From a virus (Duplodnaviria > Caudoviricetes): a DNA stretch of 64,000 nt. The notes below the pieces were generated by a model, which saw only the letters and a program-made list of their open reading frames with translations, was not told the DNA's origin and ran no database searches. Position 1 is the first letter of the stretch. Every line of letters starts with the position of its first letter. This document shows, one piece after another, positions 36,296 through 45,246 of this stretch. The DNA lies in IMG/VR virus record IMGVR_UViG_3300037308_000558, positions 2,089 to 66,088 of that record; one strand, given 5' to 3'. The translations under genes were made by a program, and so were the position numbers.

Positions 36296-39200
36296 ATGGC
36301 GCACCTTGATCACAAAGAAGCGTTCAACGAGTTCCGTGAGCGAGTCCTTGAAGGGATCAAGACGCACTTCCCCGTACAGGGCAGAACGCACACGCTGGAG
36401 CTCGACGGCCTGGAGGTGAAGGACGAGGGTCTTCATGCCGACGACATCCGCGCGCAGCACCAGGCCAAGGTGTCCGGTGAGAGCTGGAGCGCGCCGGTAT
36501 GGGGCAACATGGTCCTTCGGGACAACGCCACGGGCAAGGTCACCGAGCGGAAGAAGGTCCGTTTGGCCGAGCTGCCGATGACCACGCGCCGGTACAGCTA
36601 CATCGTGGATGGTAGCGAGTACCAAGTCGACAATCAGTGGCAGCTGAAGCCGGGCGTCTACACCCGCCGGCGCCAGTCGGGCGAGCTCGAAACGCGCTTC
36701 AACGTGCCGAACAAGCGTCCCTTCGATGTCGTCTTCTACCCCGAGAAGAAGGCGTTCTACATCGACCGCGGAAGTTCGAAGGCCATTCCCGTCTACCCCA
36801 TCATGAAGGCGCTCGGCGTGGATGACGACACGCTGAAGCAGAGCTGGGGCAAGGAGGTCTTCGAGGCAAGCAAGGCTGCGCGTGGTACAGCCAACACCCT
36901 CGCGAAGTTCTACAAGGTGGACAAGGGGGAGGCCCCGAAGAGTCAGGCCGACGCGGAGAAGTACCTCATCGACACCCTCCGCGATTCCAAGCTACGTCCG
37001 GAAGCCACCAAGGTCACGCTCGGGAAGCCCTTCACCGGCATCGATGGTGAGGTCCTCACGCTCGCCACGGCGAAGATGTTGAAGGTGCACCAGGGAGCAC
37101 CCGAGGACGACCGTGACAGCTTGGTGTTCAAGGACCTGCGTGGGTTGGGAGACTTCGCACACGACAAGCTGACGGACAGCAGCACGAAGAGCGCCATCAA
37201 GAACAAGATCATTCGTCAGCTGAACACGGGCAAGGGCATCCGCCAGGCGGTGAAGTTCGGGACGTTCAACATCCCCATTCGGGAGACGTTCACGAAGAAC
37301 TCCGCAGCGCGCACCGCCGACCAGATCAACCCCGTCGAGATGGTGGCGAGCTCGATGCAGACGACGCTCATGGGGCCTGGCGGCATCCAGAGCGCGCACG
37401 TGAACCTCGATGAAGCGAAGCTCGTGAACCCGTCGCACCTCGGCTTCCTCGATCCCCTGCACACACCCGAGAACGACAAGACGGGCGTCATCCTGCACCT
37501 GCCCGTGAGCGTGGAGAAGGTTGGCAAGGATCCGAAGATCCCCGTGCACAACCTGAAGACCAACAAGACGGACTGGGTCACGCCGCAGCAGTTCATGTCC
37601 TCGTCGGTTGTGCTGCCTGACCAAGTGCGTTGGGATGGTAACAAGCCCACGCCCATCTCCAAGAACGTGAAGATGGCGCTGCCTGGGAACGCGCTGGCCG
37701 AGGGGAAGTTCAGCGATGCCCAGTATGTGATGAAGCACCCGTCGCAAATGCTGAGCATCACGACGAACCTTGTGCCCTTCGTGAACAGCAACTCCGGCGG
37801 TCGTGCTAGCTACGCCACGCACCACATCGAGCAGGCCATTTCGCTCAAGCACAGGGAAGAGCCTTTGGTGCAGGTGGGCACGGGGTCGAGTGGGTGGAAG
37901 ACCTTCGAGGATCTCGTCGGCGGCATCTCCGGTCACGCGGCGCCCGTGAGTGGGAAAGTCGTTGCCGTGAAGAAGGATGCCGTGCACGTCGAGGGTGCGG
38001 ATGGAAAGGTGCGGGAGGTACAGCTCTACAACAACTTCCCCCTGAACGATCCCAAGGCTGTTCTGCACTCCGAGCCCGTGGTGAAGGTAGGCGACTCGGT
38101 GAAGAGCGGGCAGCTCGTGGCCGACACGAACTTCACGAAGGGCGGGAAGCTTGCGCTCGGCACGAACCTGCGCGTCGCCTACCTACCCTACAAGGGCTAC
38201 AACTTCGATGACGGCGTGGTCATCAGCCAAAGTGCCGCCAACAAGCTGGCGAGCGTGCACCTCTACAAGCCCTCGACGCGGCTCACTCCAGACACCATCA
38301 CCCGCGCGGATGTCTTCAAGGACCAGCACCCCGAAGCATTCACGAAGGACCAGTTCAGCATCCTCAACGACGAGGGCCTTGTACGCGTTGGTCAGGTCGT
38401 GAAGCCTGGGGATCCACTCGTCCTCGCCACGCGCCCGTACAACCTCCGAGACCGCTCCGGCGCCGCGGCCATTCGTAGGAGCCTGTCCGGGGCGCACACC
38501 GATACGTCGCTGCGATGGGATGCGGACTACCCGGGCGAGGTCGTTGGCGTGCACAAGAACAAGGACGGCACCGTCGCCGTGCACGTACGAACGACGGAGC
38601 CCATGCAGGTCGGCGACAAGGTCAGCGGTCGGCACGGCAACAAGGGCATCGTCACGCAGGTCCTTCCGGACCATGAGATGCCGCACACCGCGGACGGCAA
38701 GCACATCGAGGTGGCGCTGAATCCTGCAGGGGTTCCCGGCCGCATCAACGTGGGGCAGGTACTGGAAACGGTGGCGGGTAAGATTGCTCAGAAGACGGGC
38801 AAGCCCTACATCGTAGAGAACTTCATGCACGGACCGGACAACATCGGCCGCATGAAGAAGGAGCTCAAGGAGCACGGCCTCACCGACACGGAGGAGCTCC
38901 ACGACCCCACCACCGGTGTGAAGCTGGGAAAGGCTCTAGTCGGTCCTCAGTACATGCTCAAGCTGATGCACCAGATTGACAAGAAGGACTCTGCACGTTC
39001 GGGCATGGATCTGCGCGGTACGGCTCCGGAGGGCTACGACCTGAACCTCATGCCCGTCGGTGGTGGCCACTCGGGTGCTCAGTCCATCGGCAACCTCGGC
39101 ATGTACACGATGCTTGCGCATGGGGCGAAGGCCAACATCCGCGAGATGCAGACGTGGAAGAGTGAGGGCCCCGATGCCGCTCCTGACGGGAAGCGGTGGC

Positions 39201-42200
39201 CGAGTCAGCATGAAGAGGTGTGGCGTGCCATCCAGACTGGGGACGCCCTGCCCCCTCCGCGCCCCACGTTCGCCTTCCAGAAGTTCACGGACATGCTACG
39301 TGGTGCGGGCGTGAACATCGAGAAGAAGGGGCATCGCTTTCAGCTCACGCCTCTTACGGACAAGCAGATCCTGAAGATGTCAAATGCCGAGCTCCCGAAG
39401 CCGGCTGACCTGACGTACACCAAGCTCGACAAGAATGGCGAGCCCGTACCGAAGCCTGGAGGCTTGTTCGATCCCAAGCTCACGGGTGGGCACAGCGGCA
39501 AGCATTGGACGCACTTCACGTTGGCGGAGCCCATGCCCAATCCCGTGTTCGAGGCGCCCATCCAGCGCATCCTGAACATCACGAAGGGGCAGTACTCCGA
39601 CCTCATCAACAGCAACAAGGCAGTTCATCAGCACACGGGAGAGTTCGTGCCCGTGGGATCTGCCGACTCCATCACCGGGGGAGCCGCGGTGGTGCACATG
39701 CTTGGGAAGGTCGACGTACAGGCGGAGCTCAAGAAAGCTCAGGAGGACCTCGCCAAGGCCCCCGTACCCAAGGCCATCCAGTTTGGCGCCGCCGCGCAGA
39801 AGATGGACACTGCCCTGAAGAAGGTGAAGTACCTCAAGGCGCTCGACGAGCTCAGCATGAGCCCGAAGGATGCGTACGCCCTTCACCACATCCCCGTGCT
39901 GCCTCCCGCGATGCGTCCTGCTTCCGTGCTGCCCGACGGCAACGTGCGCTGGGCAGATCTGAACGGCCTCTACAGCGACCTCGCCAGCCTCAACGACGAG
40001 ATGAAGCACAAGGACTTCAAGTCGCAGCTCACCGACCACGACAAGAAGGAACAGCGCGCGAGCCTGTACGACGGCGTGAAGGCCTTGATGGGCATCGGTG
40101 CCAATCGGGAGGACCGCGAGGGTAAGGCCAAGGGCATCCTCCTTCAGATCTCGGGCAAGAGCCCGAAGGAGGGTTACTTCCAGAACACGCTGTTGAGCCG
40201 TCGGCAGGACCTGACCATGCGGAGTACCATCGTGCCGGAGCCCGCCATGGGGCTCGACCAGGTTGGGCTACCGAGCGAGAAGGCCGTCACGCTTTTCCGA
40301 CCCTTCGTGGTCAAGAAGATGGTGGACATCGGCGCGGCGCCGCATCCCCTCGAAGCGCAGAAGATGCTGGCTAGCAAGGACGCGCACAAGAACAGCCAGG
40401 TCTTGCGCGCGCTGGACCTCGTGATGGAGGACCGCCCGGTTCTTCTGAAGCGTGACCCTGTCCTGCACAAGCACGGCATCATGGCGTTCAACGCGCACCG
40501 GGTGCCTGGCAAGGCCATTCAGATCCATCCCCTCGTGACCGGGGGCTACAACGCCGACTTCGATGGCGACGCCATGAGCGTCTACGTGCCCATCAGCCCT
40601 GACGCAGTGCAAGAGGCGCGGAAGATGTTCCCGTCGAACAACCTCTTCAACGAATCGACGGGGCACATCATGAACGCGCCCACGCACGAGAGTGCACTCG
40701 GGTTGTACAAGCTAGCCAGGATTGGAACGGACACGGGCAAGAAGTTCAAGGATCCCGCGGAGGCCCTGAAGGCCGTCGATTCGGGGTCTTCGCACATCAA
40801 CGACCTTGTGCACGTCAACGGCGTAGGGAAGACGACTCCGGGTCGCCTACTCCTGTCGTCTGCCGTTCCAGAGGCGCTCCGCTCCAAGGTGCTGACTGAC
40901 CACAGCATGACGTTGGACAAGAAGGGGATCGCGGAGCTCTACAAGAACATCGCCGTCAACCACACGAAGGATTTTGGTGAGGTGGCCAACAAGTTGAAGG
41001 ACTTGGGTTACGGCATGTCGTACGGCGCCCTGGCCATTCGGCACCCCGACCATACCGGCTCCGCCGCCATTCACGCCGCGGAGGACCAGAAGAACCGCGT
41101 CAAGTTCCTTCCCACGGGCACGCACTCGTTCTCCTTGGACGACTTCGCCGTGGACAAGGCGTCTCGTGACCCCGTCATCAAGAGCACGCAGAAGAAGGTG
41201 GATTCCATCAACGCCTCCAGCATCTCCCAATCCATGAAGGATGCGCGGGTCATCGATGAGTGGCAGAAGGCAACGGGTACGATTGCCGATCTGCACAAGG
41301 CCCACCTGCAGAACAACAAGAACACGTTGCATGAGATGAGCGCGTCCGGGCTGAAGCCGAGCTGGGATCAGTACAGGCAGATCAAGCTCGCGCCCATGCT
41401 CATGAACGACGCCTCGGGACGCGTCATCCCCACGCCGGTGACGAAGTCCTACGCCGAGGGTCTCGACATGTTCGGCTACTGGACGCAGATGCACGGGCAG
41501 CGCAAGGGCGCCGTCGCGAAGGTTCAGGAAGTGCGCGAGCCGGGCTACTTCACGAAGCAGCTCATCAACACGACGATGAACCTGGTCGTGAACGGTCACG
41601 ACTGCGGCACGCAGCGCGGCGTGGCACTACCCATCACGTCGAACGACGTGCACGACCGCGAGCTTGTGGCAGACATCAAGGTGCGGAATCAGGTGTTCCC
41701 CAAAGGGACTGTGCTCAGCCCCGATGTCGTCTCGCAGATCCGTACCCTGGACAAGAACGCTCAGGTCGCGGTGCGCAGTCCGCTCAAGTGCGAGCACGGC
41801 AAAGGCATCTGCCAGAAGTGTGCTGGCCTGTCCGCTTCCGGTTCGCACTACGACATGGGCACCAACGTGGGCATCCTTGCCTCCCAGTCTCTTGGTGAGC
41901 GCTCTACGCAGTTGGCACTCCGCGTCTTTCACACCGGCGGTGTGGCTGGCGGTGGAGGAAAGCTCATCGGGCAGTTCGGGCGCGTGCAGCAGCTGACGAA
42001 GCTGCCGGAGAGAATCCCCGACGAAGCTGCGCTTGCCATGCACGCTGGGAAGATCGAGAAGGTGGAGCACAGCAAGTTGGGTAGTACGGTCACCATCAAC
42101 GGGCAGGAGCACTTCGTGCCCTTGGACCGCGGTGGCAGGCGCTTGACGGATCCCTTGCCCGGCCTGAACAAGGTTAGGTGGGAGCCTCCCAAGGTGGGTA

Positions 42201-42751
42201 TGACCGTGAAGGCGGGGGACGTGCTCAGCGACCCCAACCGCACCTTCGTGAACCCGCACACGCTCTACAAGGCGACGGGCAACATGGAGGCGGTGCAGAA
42301 CCACCTGGTCAACGAGCTCCACAGCCTGTACTCCTCGGAGGGCATCCGTCGGCAGAACGTCGAGATGCTCGTGAAGGGCATGAGCAACCTCACACGCGTC
42401 ATCGAGCCTGGGCACGCCGAGGGCATCCTCAAGGGCGAGTACCACCCCACCTCCGTCATCCGGCAGATGAACAAGGAGCTCGCCACGAAGGGCAAGAAGC
42501 CCGTTCAGCATGCCCCCATCCTCAAGGGTGTTGACGTCCTACCTCTACACCTGCAGGAAGACTGGATGGCGAAGATGAACTTCGAGCGGCTGCGTGGTAG
42601 CGTGATGGAGGCCGCCGCGACGAACGCCTACTCCGACATCCACGGTCTACACCCCATTCCCGGCATGGCTTATGGTGCGGAGTTCGGGATGACGGAGAAG
42701 AAGAAGCACGTCATGCCTCATGTAGCCAACGTACCGGGACACCACTACTGA
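36296..42751 (+). CDS. rpoBC: single-chain DNA-directed RNA polymerase, beta-beta' fusion (2151 aa)
   Basis: Beta motifs LDPLHTPE, NLVPF, GYNFDDG, GDKVSGRHGNKG, LKLMHQ; beta' motifs PVLPPAMRP, LLKRDPVLH, YNADFDGD (40550-40570), HGQRKG, QSLGERSTQLALRVFHTGG. Confidence 0.97.
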   Translation: MAHLDHKEAFNEFRERVLEGIKTHFPVQGRTHTLELDGLEVKDEGLHADDIRAQHQAKVSGESWSAPVWGNMVLRDNATGKVTERKKVRLAELPMTTRRYSYIVDGSEYQVDNQWQLKPGVYTRRRQSGELETRFNVPNKRPFDVVFYPEKKAFYIDRGSSKAIPVYPIMKALGVDDDTLKQSWGKEVFEASKAARGTANTLAKFYKVDKGEAPKSQADAEKYLIDTLRDSKLRPEATKVTLGKPFTGIDGEVLTLATAKMLKVHQGAPEDDRDSLVFKDLRGLGDFAHDKLTDSSTKSAIKNKIIRQLNTGKGIRQAVKFGTFNIPIRETFTKNSAARTADQINPVEMVASSMQTTLMGPGGIQSAHVNLDEAKLVNPSHLGFLDPLHTPENDKTGVILHLPVSVEKVGKDPKIPVHNLKTNKTDWVTPQQFMSSSVVLPDQVRWDGNKPTPISKNVKMALPGNALAEGKFSDAQYVMKHPSQMLSITTNLVPFVNSNSGGRASYATHHIEQAISLKHREEPLVQVGTGSSGWKTFEDLVGGISGHAAPVSGKVVAVKKDAVHVEGADGKVREVQLYNNFPLNDPKAVLHSEPVVKVGDSVKSGQLVADTNFTKGGKLALGTNLRVAYLPYKGYNFDDGVVISQSAANKLASVHLYKPSTRLTPDTITRADVFKDQHPEAFTKDQFSILNDEGLVRVGQVVKPGDPLVLATRPYNLRDRSGAAAIRRSLSGAHTDTSLRWDADYPGEVVGVHKNKDGTVAVHVRTTEPMQVGDKVSGRHGNKGIVTQVLPDHEMPHTADGKHIEVALNPAGVPGRINVGQVLETVAGKIAQKTGKPYIVENFMHGPDNIGRMKKELKEHGLTDTEELHDPTTGVKLGKALVGPQYMLKLMHQIDKKDSARSGMDLRGTAPEGYDLNLMPVGGGHSGAQSIGNLGMYTMLAHGAKANIREMQTWKSEGPDAAPDGKRWPSQHEEVWRAIQTGDALPPPRPTFAFQKFTDMLRGAGVNIEKKGHRFQLTPLTDKQILKMSNAELPKPADLTYTKLDKNGEPVPKPGGLFDPKLTGGHSGKHWTHFTLAEPMPNPVFEAPIQRILNITKGQYSDLINSNKAVHQHTGEFVPVGSADSITGGAAVVHMLGKVDVQAELKKAQEDLAKAPVPKAIQFGAAAQKMDTALKKVKYLKALDELSMSPKDAYALHHIPVLPPAMRPASVLPDGNVRWADLNGLYSDLASLNDEMKHKDFKSQLTDHDKKEQRASLYDGVKALMGIGANREDREGKAKGILLQISGKSPKEGYFQNTLLSRRQDLTMRSTIVPEPAMGLDQVGLPSEKAVTLFRPFVVKKMVDIGAAPHPLEAQKMLASKDAHKNSQVLRALDLVMEDRPVLLKRDPVLHKHGIMAFNAHRVPGKAIQIHPLVTGGYNADFDGDAMSVYVPISPDAVQEARKMFPSNNLFNESTGHIMNAPTHESALGLYKLARIGTDTGKKFKDPAEALKAVDSGSSHINDLVHVNGVGKTTPGRLLLSSAVPEALRSKVLTDHSMTLDKKGIAELYKNIAVNHTKDFGEVANKLKDLGYGMSYGALAIRHPDHTGSAAIHAAEDQKNRVKFLPTGTHSFSLDDFAVDKASRDPVIKSTQKKVDSINASSISQSMKDARVIDEWQKATGTIADLHKAHLQNNKNTLHEMSASGLKPSWDQYRQIKLAPMLMNDASGRVIPTPVTKSYAEGLDMFGYWTQMHGQRKGAVAKVQEVREPGYFTKQLINTTMNLVVNGHDCGTQRGVALPITSNDVHDRELVADIKVRNQVFPKGTVLSPDVVSQIRTLDKNAQVAVRSPLKCEHGKGICQKCAGLSASGSHYDMGTNVGILASQSLGERSTQLALRVFHTGGVAGGGGKLIGQFGRVQQLTKLPERIPDEAALAMHAGKIEKVEHSKLGSTVTINGQEHFVPLDRGGRRLTDPLPGLNKVRWEPPKVGMTVKAGDVLSDPNRTFVNPHTLYKATGNMEAVQNHLVNELHSLYSSEGIRRQNVEMLVKGMSNLTRVIEPGHAEGILKGEYHPTSVIRQMNKELATKGKKPVQHAPILKGVDVLPLHLQEDWMAKMNFERLRGSVMEAAATNAYSDIHGLHPIPGMAYGAEFGMTEKKKHVMPHVANVPGHHY

Positions 42752-42752
42752 T

Positions 42753-43982
42753 ATGGCGGTCAAGAACACTCCTGGCGGCGGTAAGGACCGCGCTGCTCCA
42801 AGGACCGCGTTCAAGAACTCCTGGACGCAGCCGGAGGGTGCGAAGGAAGCGTTCGTGTTCGAGGCGCGCGTCACGAACGTCAACATGAAGAACTGGACGG
42901 TGGACTGCGCCAGCGTGTTCGACCGTCGCTTCTGGGGCGACATTCAGGTGTCGTCTCCCTACATGCACTCCTCGAATGGCGAGGGCATGTACGCGGTGCC
43001 CGAGATCGGCGCCAAGTGCTTCGTGTGCATCCCGAGCGATGGACCTCCGCCCTTCGTCCTCGCGTTCATTATGGCATCGGAGAAGCTCAGGACTGGAACG
43101 GAAACGACGGGCTTCACCTACGGCGGTGGTCGGGCCAGGCCCAAGCCCGGAGACATCGTGCTCAAGGGCCGAGACGACAACTTCTGCATCTTGCATCGGG
43201 GTGGCGTGTTGCAGATCGGCTCCACCGCCCTCGCTCAGCGCGTCTACGTGCCGCTTGGGAACCTCATCACGGACACCAGCGAGACCTACAACCACTACAA
43301 CTCCGGCGGCGCGATCAACTGGGGCGTGCGGAGCACGGCGCCGGATGAAGCCCTGGACACCGAGTACCGCCACACCTTCCGCGTCTACGCCGACGACAAG
43401 TACGCCGACGTGCGCCTCGCCGTGGGCAAGGTTCAGATCCCCGTACCGGAGCCCGCTGGTGATGCTGGAGAGACGCTAGCGCTGGAGCAGCTGGAGATTG
43501 CCAACAGCGAAGAGAAGCCCGTCGTCTTCGAGCTCGTCGTAGCACCTGGGGGCTTCGACACGGATGCAGGTCAGCCCACCGAGGGCGCTAGGGATGCCAC
43601 CAAGCTGCGGTTGTTCTTCGACCGTGCTGGTGGAGCCATGCTCCGCAGCGAGGCTGCCGTAGACATCCGCGTGAAGAAGGACTTGTGGATCAAGTCGGAT
43701 AAGACGTTGCGCTTGAAGGGCAAAGACGGTGTGCTCATCGAGTCTGGTCCCAACTCCGCCTACTTGAAGATGACGGGGGAGGCCTCCGTCGAGCTCGGCA
43801 CGGGTGGCGGGGTAGTGAAGCTCAACGGAGGGACGAAGCCCGTAGCGCATGTGGGGTCCATGGTGCAGATCACGCTGGTAGCCCCGGTGAACATCACGAC
43901 GTCTGCAGGTCCGGGTACCATCCTGGCGGGAGCCATGATGCAGGGCTTCGTAACGACGGGGAACCCGACGATCCTAGTTTAG
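42753..43982 (+). CDS. baseplate spike protein, gpV/gp5/VgrG-OB-like
   Basis: EARVTNVN...GEGMYAVPEIGAKCFV OB-fold pattern; beta-repeat C-terminus ending VKLNGGTKPVAHVGS. Confidence 0.7.
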   Translation: MAVKNTPGGGKDRAAPRTAFKNSWTQPEGAKEAFVFEARVTNVNMKNWTVDCASVFDRRFWGDIQVSSPYMHSSNGEGMYAVPEIGAKCFVCIPSDGPPPFVLAFIMASEKLRTGTETTGFTYGGGRARPKPGDIVLKGRDDNFCILHRGGVLQIGSTALAQRVYVPLGNLITDTSETYNHYNSGGAINWGVRSTAPDEALDTEYRHTFRVYADDKYADVRLAVGKVQIPVPEPAGDAGETLALEQLEIANSEEKPVVFELVVAPGGFDTDAGQPTEGARDATKLRLFFDRAGGAMLRSEAAVDIRVKKDLWIKSDKTLRLKGKDGVLIESGPNSAYLKMTGEASVELGTGGGVVKLNGGTKPVAHVGSMVQITLVAPVNITTSAGPGTILAGAMMQGFVTTGNPTILV

Positions 43983-43993
43983 GTTTCCCGTTG

Positions 43994-44002
43994 TGCTATA
44001 AC
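43994..44002 (+). promoter_or_regulatory. extended -10 promoter TG-C-TATAAC, probable leaderless transcript
   Basis: Hexamer ends 6 nt before ATG 44009; no SD. Confidence 0.65.
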
Positions 44003-44008
44003 CTTTGC

Positions 44009-44611
44009 ATGACCCCGGAAGAACGCAAGGAGAGAAAGCGACAAAGGCACGCGGCTTGGTACGCGAGAGAGAAGGAGAGAGACCCAGAAGGACTACGTGC
44101 GAAGCAACGAGAGGCGTACAGGAGAAGGGTAGCTACCGCAGAGGGGAGAGAAGCCGACCGCGCGTACAAAAGGGAGCAGGCGCGTAACTGGCGGGCCGAG
44201 CACCCAGAAGAAGCGAAAGAAGCATACCGTAGAGCGCACAAGTCGCTCATGTCCGACCAGGAGCGCCTGGAGAAGAAGCGGGCGTACGCGAGGGAGAACC
44301 AAAAACGCTTTCGGGAAAACAACTGGAGAGGTTGGTACTCTTCCAAATTGAAGTCCAAATATGGCATTACCCTCGAAGGATACGAGGCCTTGTTGAAGAA
44401 GCAGAACGGCATGTGCGCTATCTGCAAGAAGCCCGAAAAGGCTGCTAGCTACAGGAAACCCGGAGCTCGCCTTTCTCTCAGCGTTGATCATTGCCACACA
44501 ACGGGGAAAGTCCGCGGTCTACTTTGTGCAAACTGCAACCGAGGGCTTGGTCTTTTCCAACATGACCGAGCAATACTGAAGAGCGCCTCGGCGTATCTGC
44601 GCAAGAGCTAG
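44009..44611 (+). mobile_element. free-standing endonuclease VII-family (His-Me) homing endonuclease
   Basis: YGITLEGYEALLKKQNGMCAIC...LSVDHCHTTGKVRGLLCANCNRGLG; visibly more A-rich than the flanking genes. Confidence 0.88.
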
Positions 44612-44612
44612 C

Positions 44613-45239
44613 ATGACGATTTCTCCTAACCCTCCAGTCTCCCAGACTCTGGGCGACTTCAACATAGGGCTAGCCGCGGCCATCGGGTTGTTGAACCCAC
44701 TCTCTGCGCAGCTGGACCTTCTGCTGTCCTTGGGCCTCGGGCCGCTCATGGCAGACCTGTCCGTGCAGCTCAACGTGTCGCTCGCCATGCAGGCCACGCT
44801 CAGCCTGCAGATCAGCGACCCCACCGTGAGCTTGCAACTAGCCATCTCGGCGCTGGCGCAGCTACAAGCAGCGCTGTCGGCTGCTCTGAGCTTGCCCACC
44901 ATCAGCGTGAGCATCAGCGCGGAGCTCTCGGCATCTGTCGCGCTGTCCGCGGCTTTGGCCCTGAAGCTTGGTGGGTTGCAGCTGCTCATCCAAGCCGCGC
45001 TCCAGATCAAGATTGCTGCCATGAAGTTCGCTGCGGACTTCGCGTTGAGCTTGTCGCTACCCGGCTTTTCGGGGTTCACGTTCCAGGGGGAGCCCCTCAG
45101 TACTACGGGTGGGCAGATCAACGCGCTGTTCAGTGCAGGATGGGCAGGCTTCGACACCGACCCCAACGTCTGGGGCATCGTGTTGATGGTGAAGGACGCT
45201 GCCCTATTCACGTCCATGTCTGCGATAATCACGGTCTGA
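44613..45239 (+). CDS. hydrophobic L/A/S-rich protein (208 aa)
   Basis: Almost uncharged helical sequence in the baseplate context. Confidence 0.65.
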   Translation: MTISPNPPVSQTLGDFNIGLAAAIGLLNPLSAQLDLLLSLGLGPLMADLSVQLNVSLAMQATLSLQISDPTVSLQLAISALAQLQAALSAALSLPTISVSISAELSASVALSAALALKLGGLQLLIQAALQIKIAAMKFAADFALSLSLPGFSGFTFQGEPLSTTGGQINALFSAGWAGFDTDPNVWGIVLMVKDAALFTSMSAIITV

Positions 45240-45246
45240 GGAACCC

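Noticed and set aside
36296-42751. Bacterial chromosomal rpoBC operon
   Set aside because: No flanking ribosomal protein or nusG genes; the context is baseplate, terminase and capsid genes, and the sequence is strongly diverged with domain deletions.
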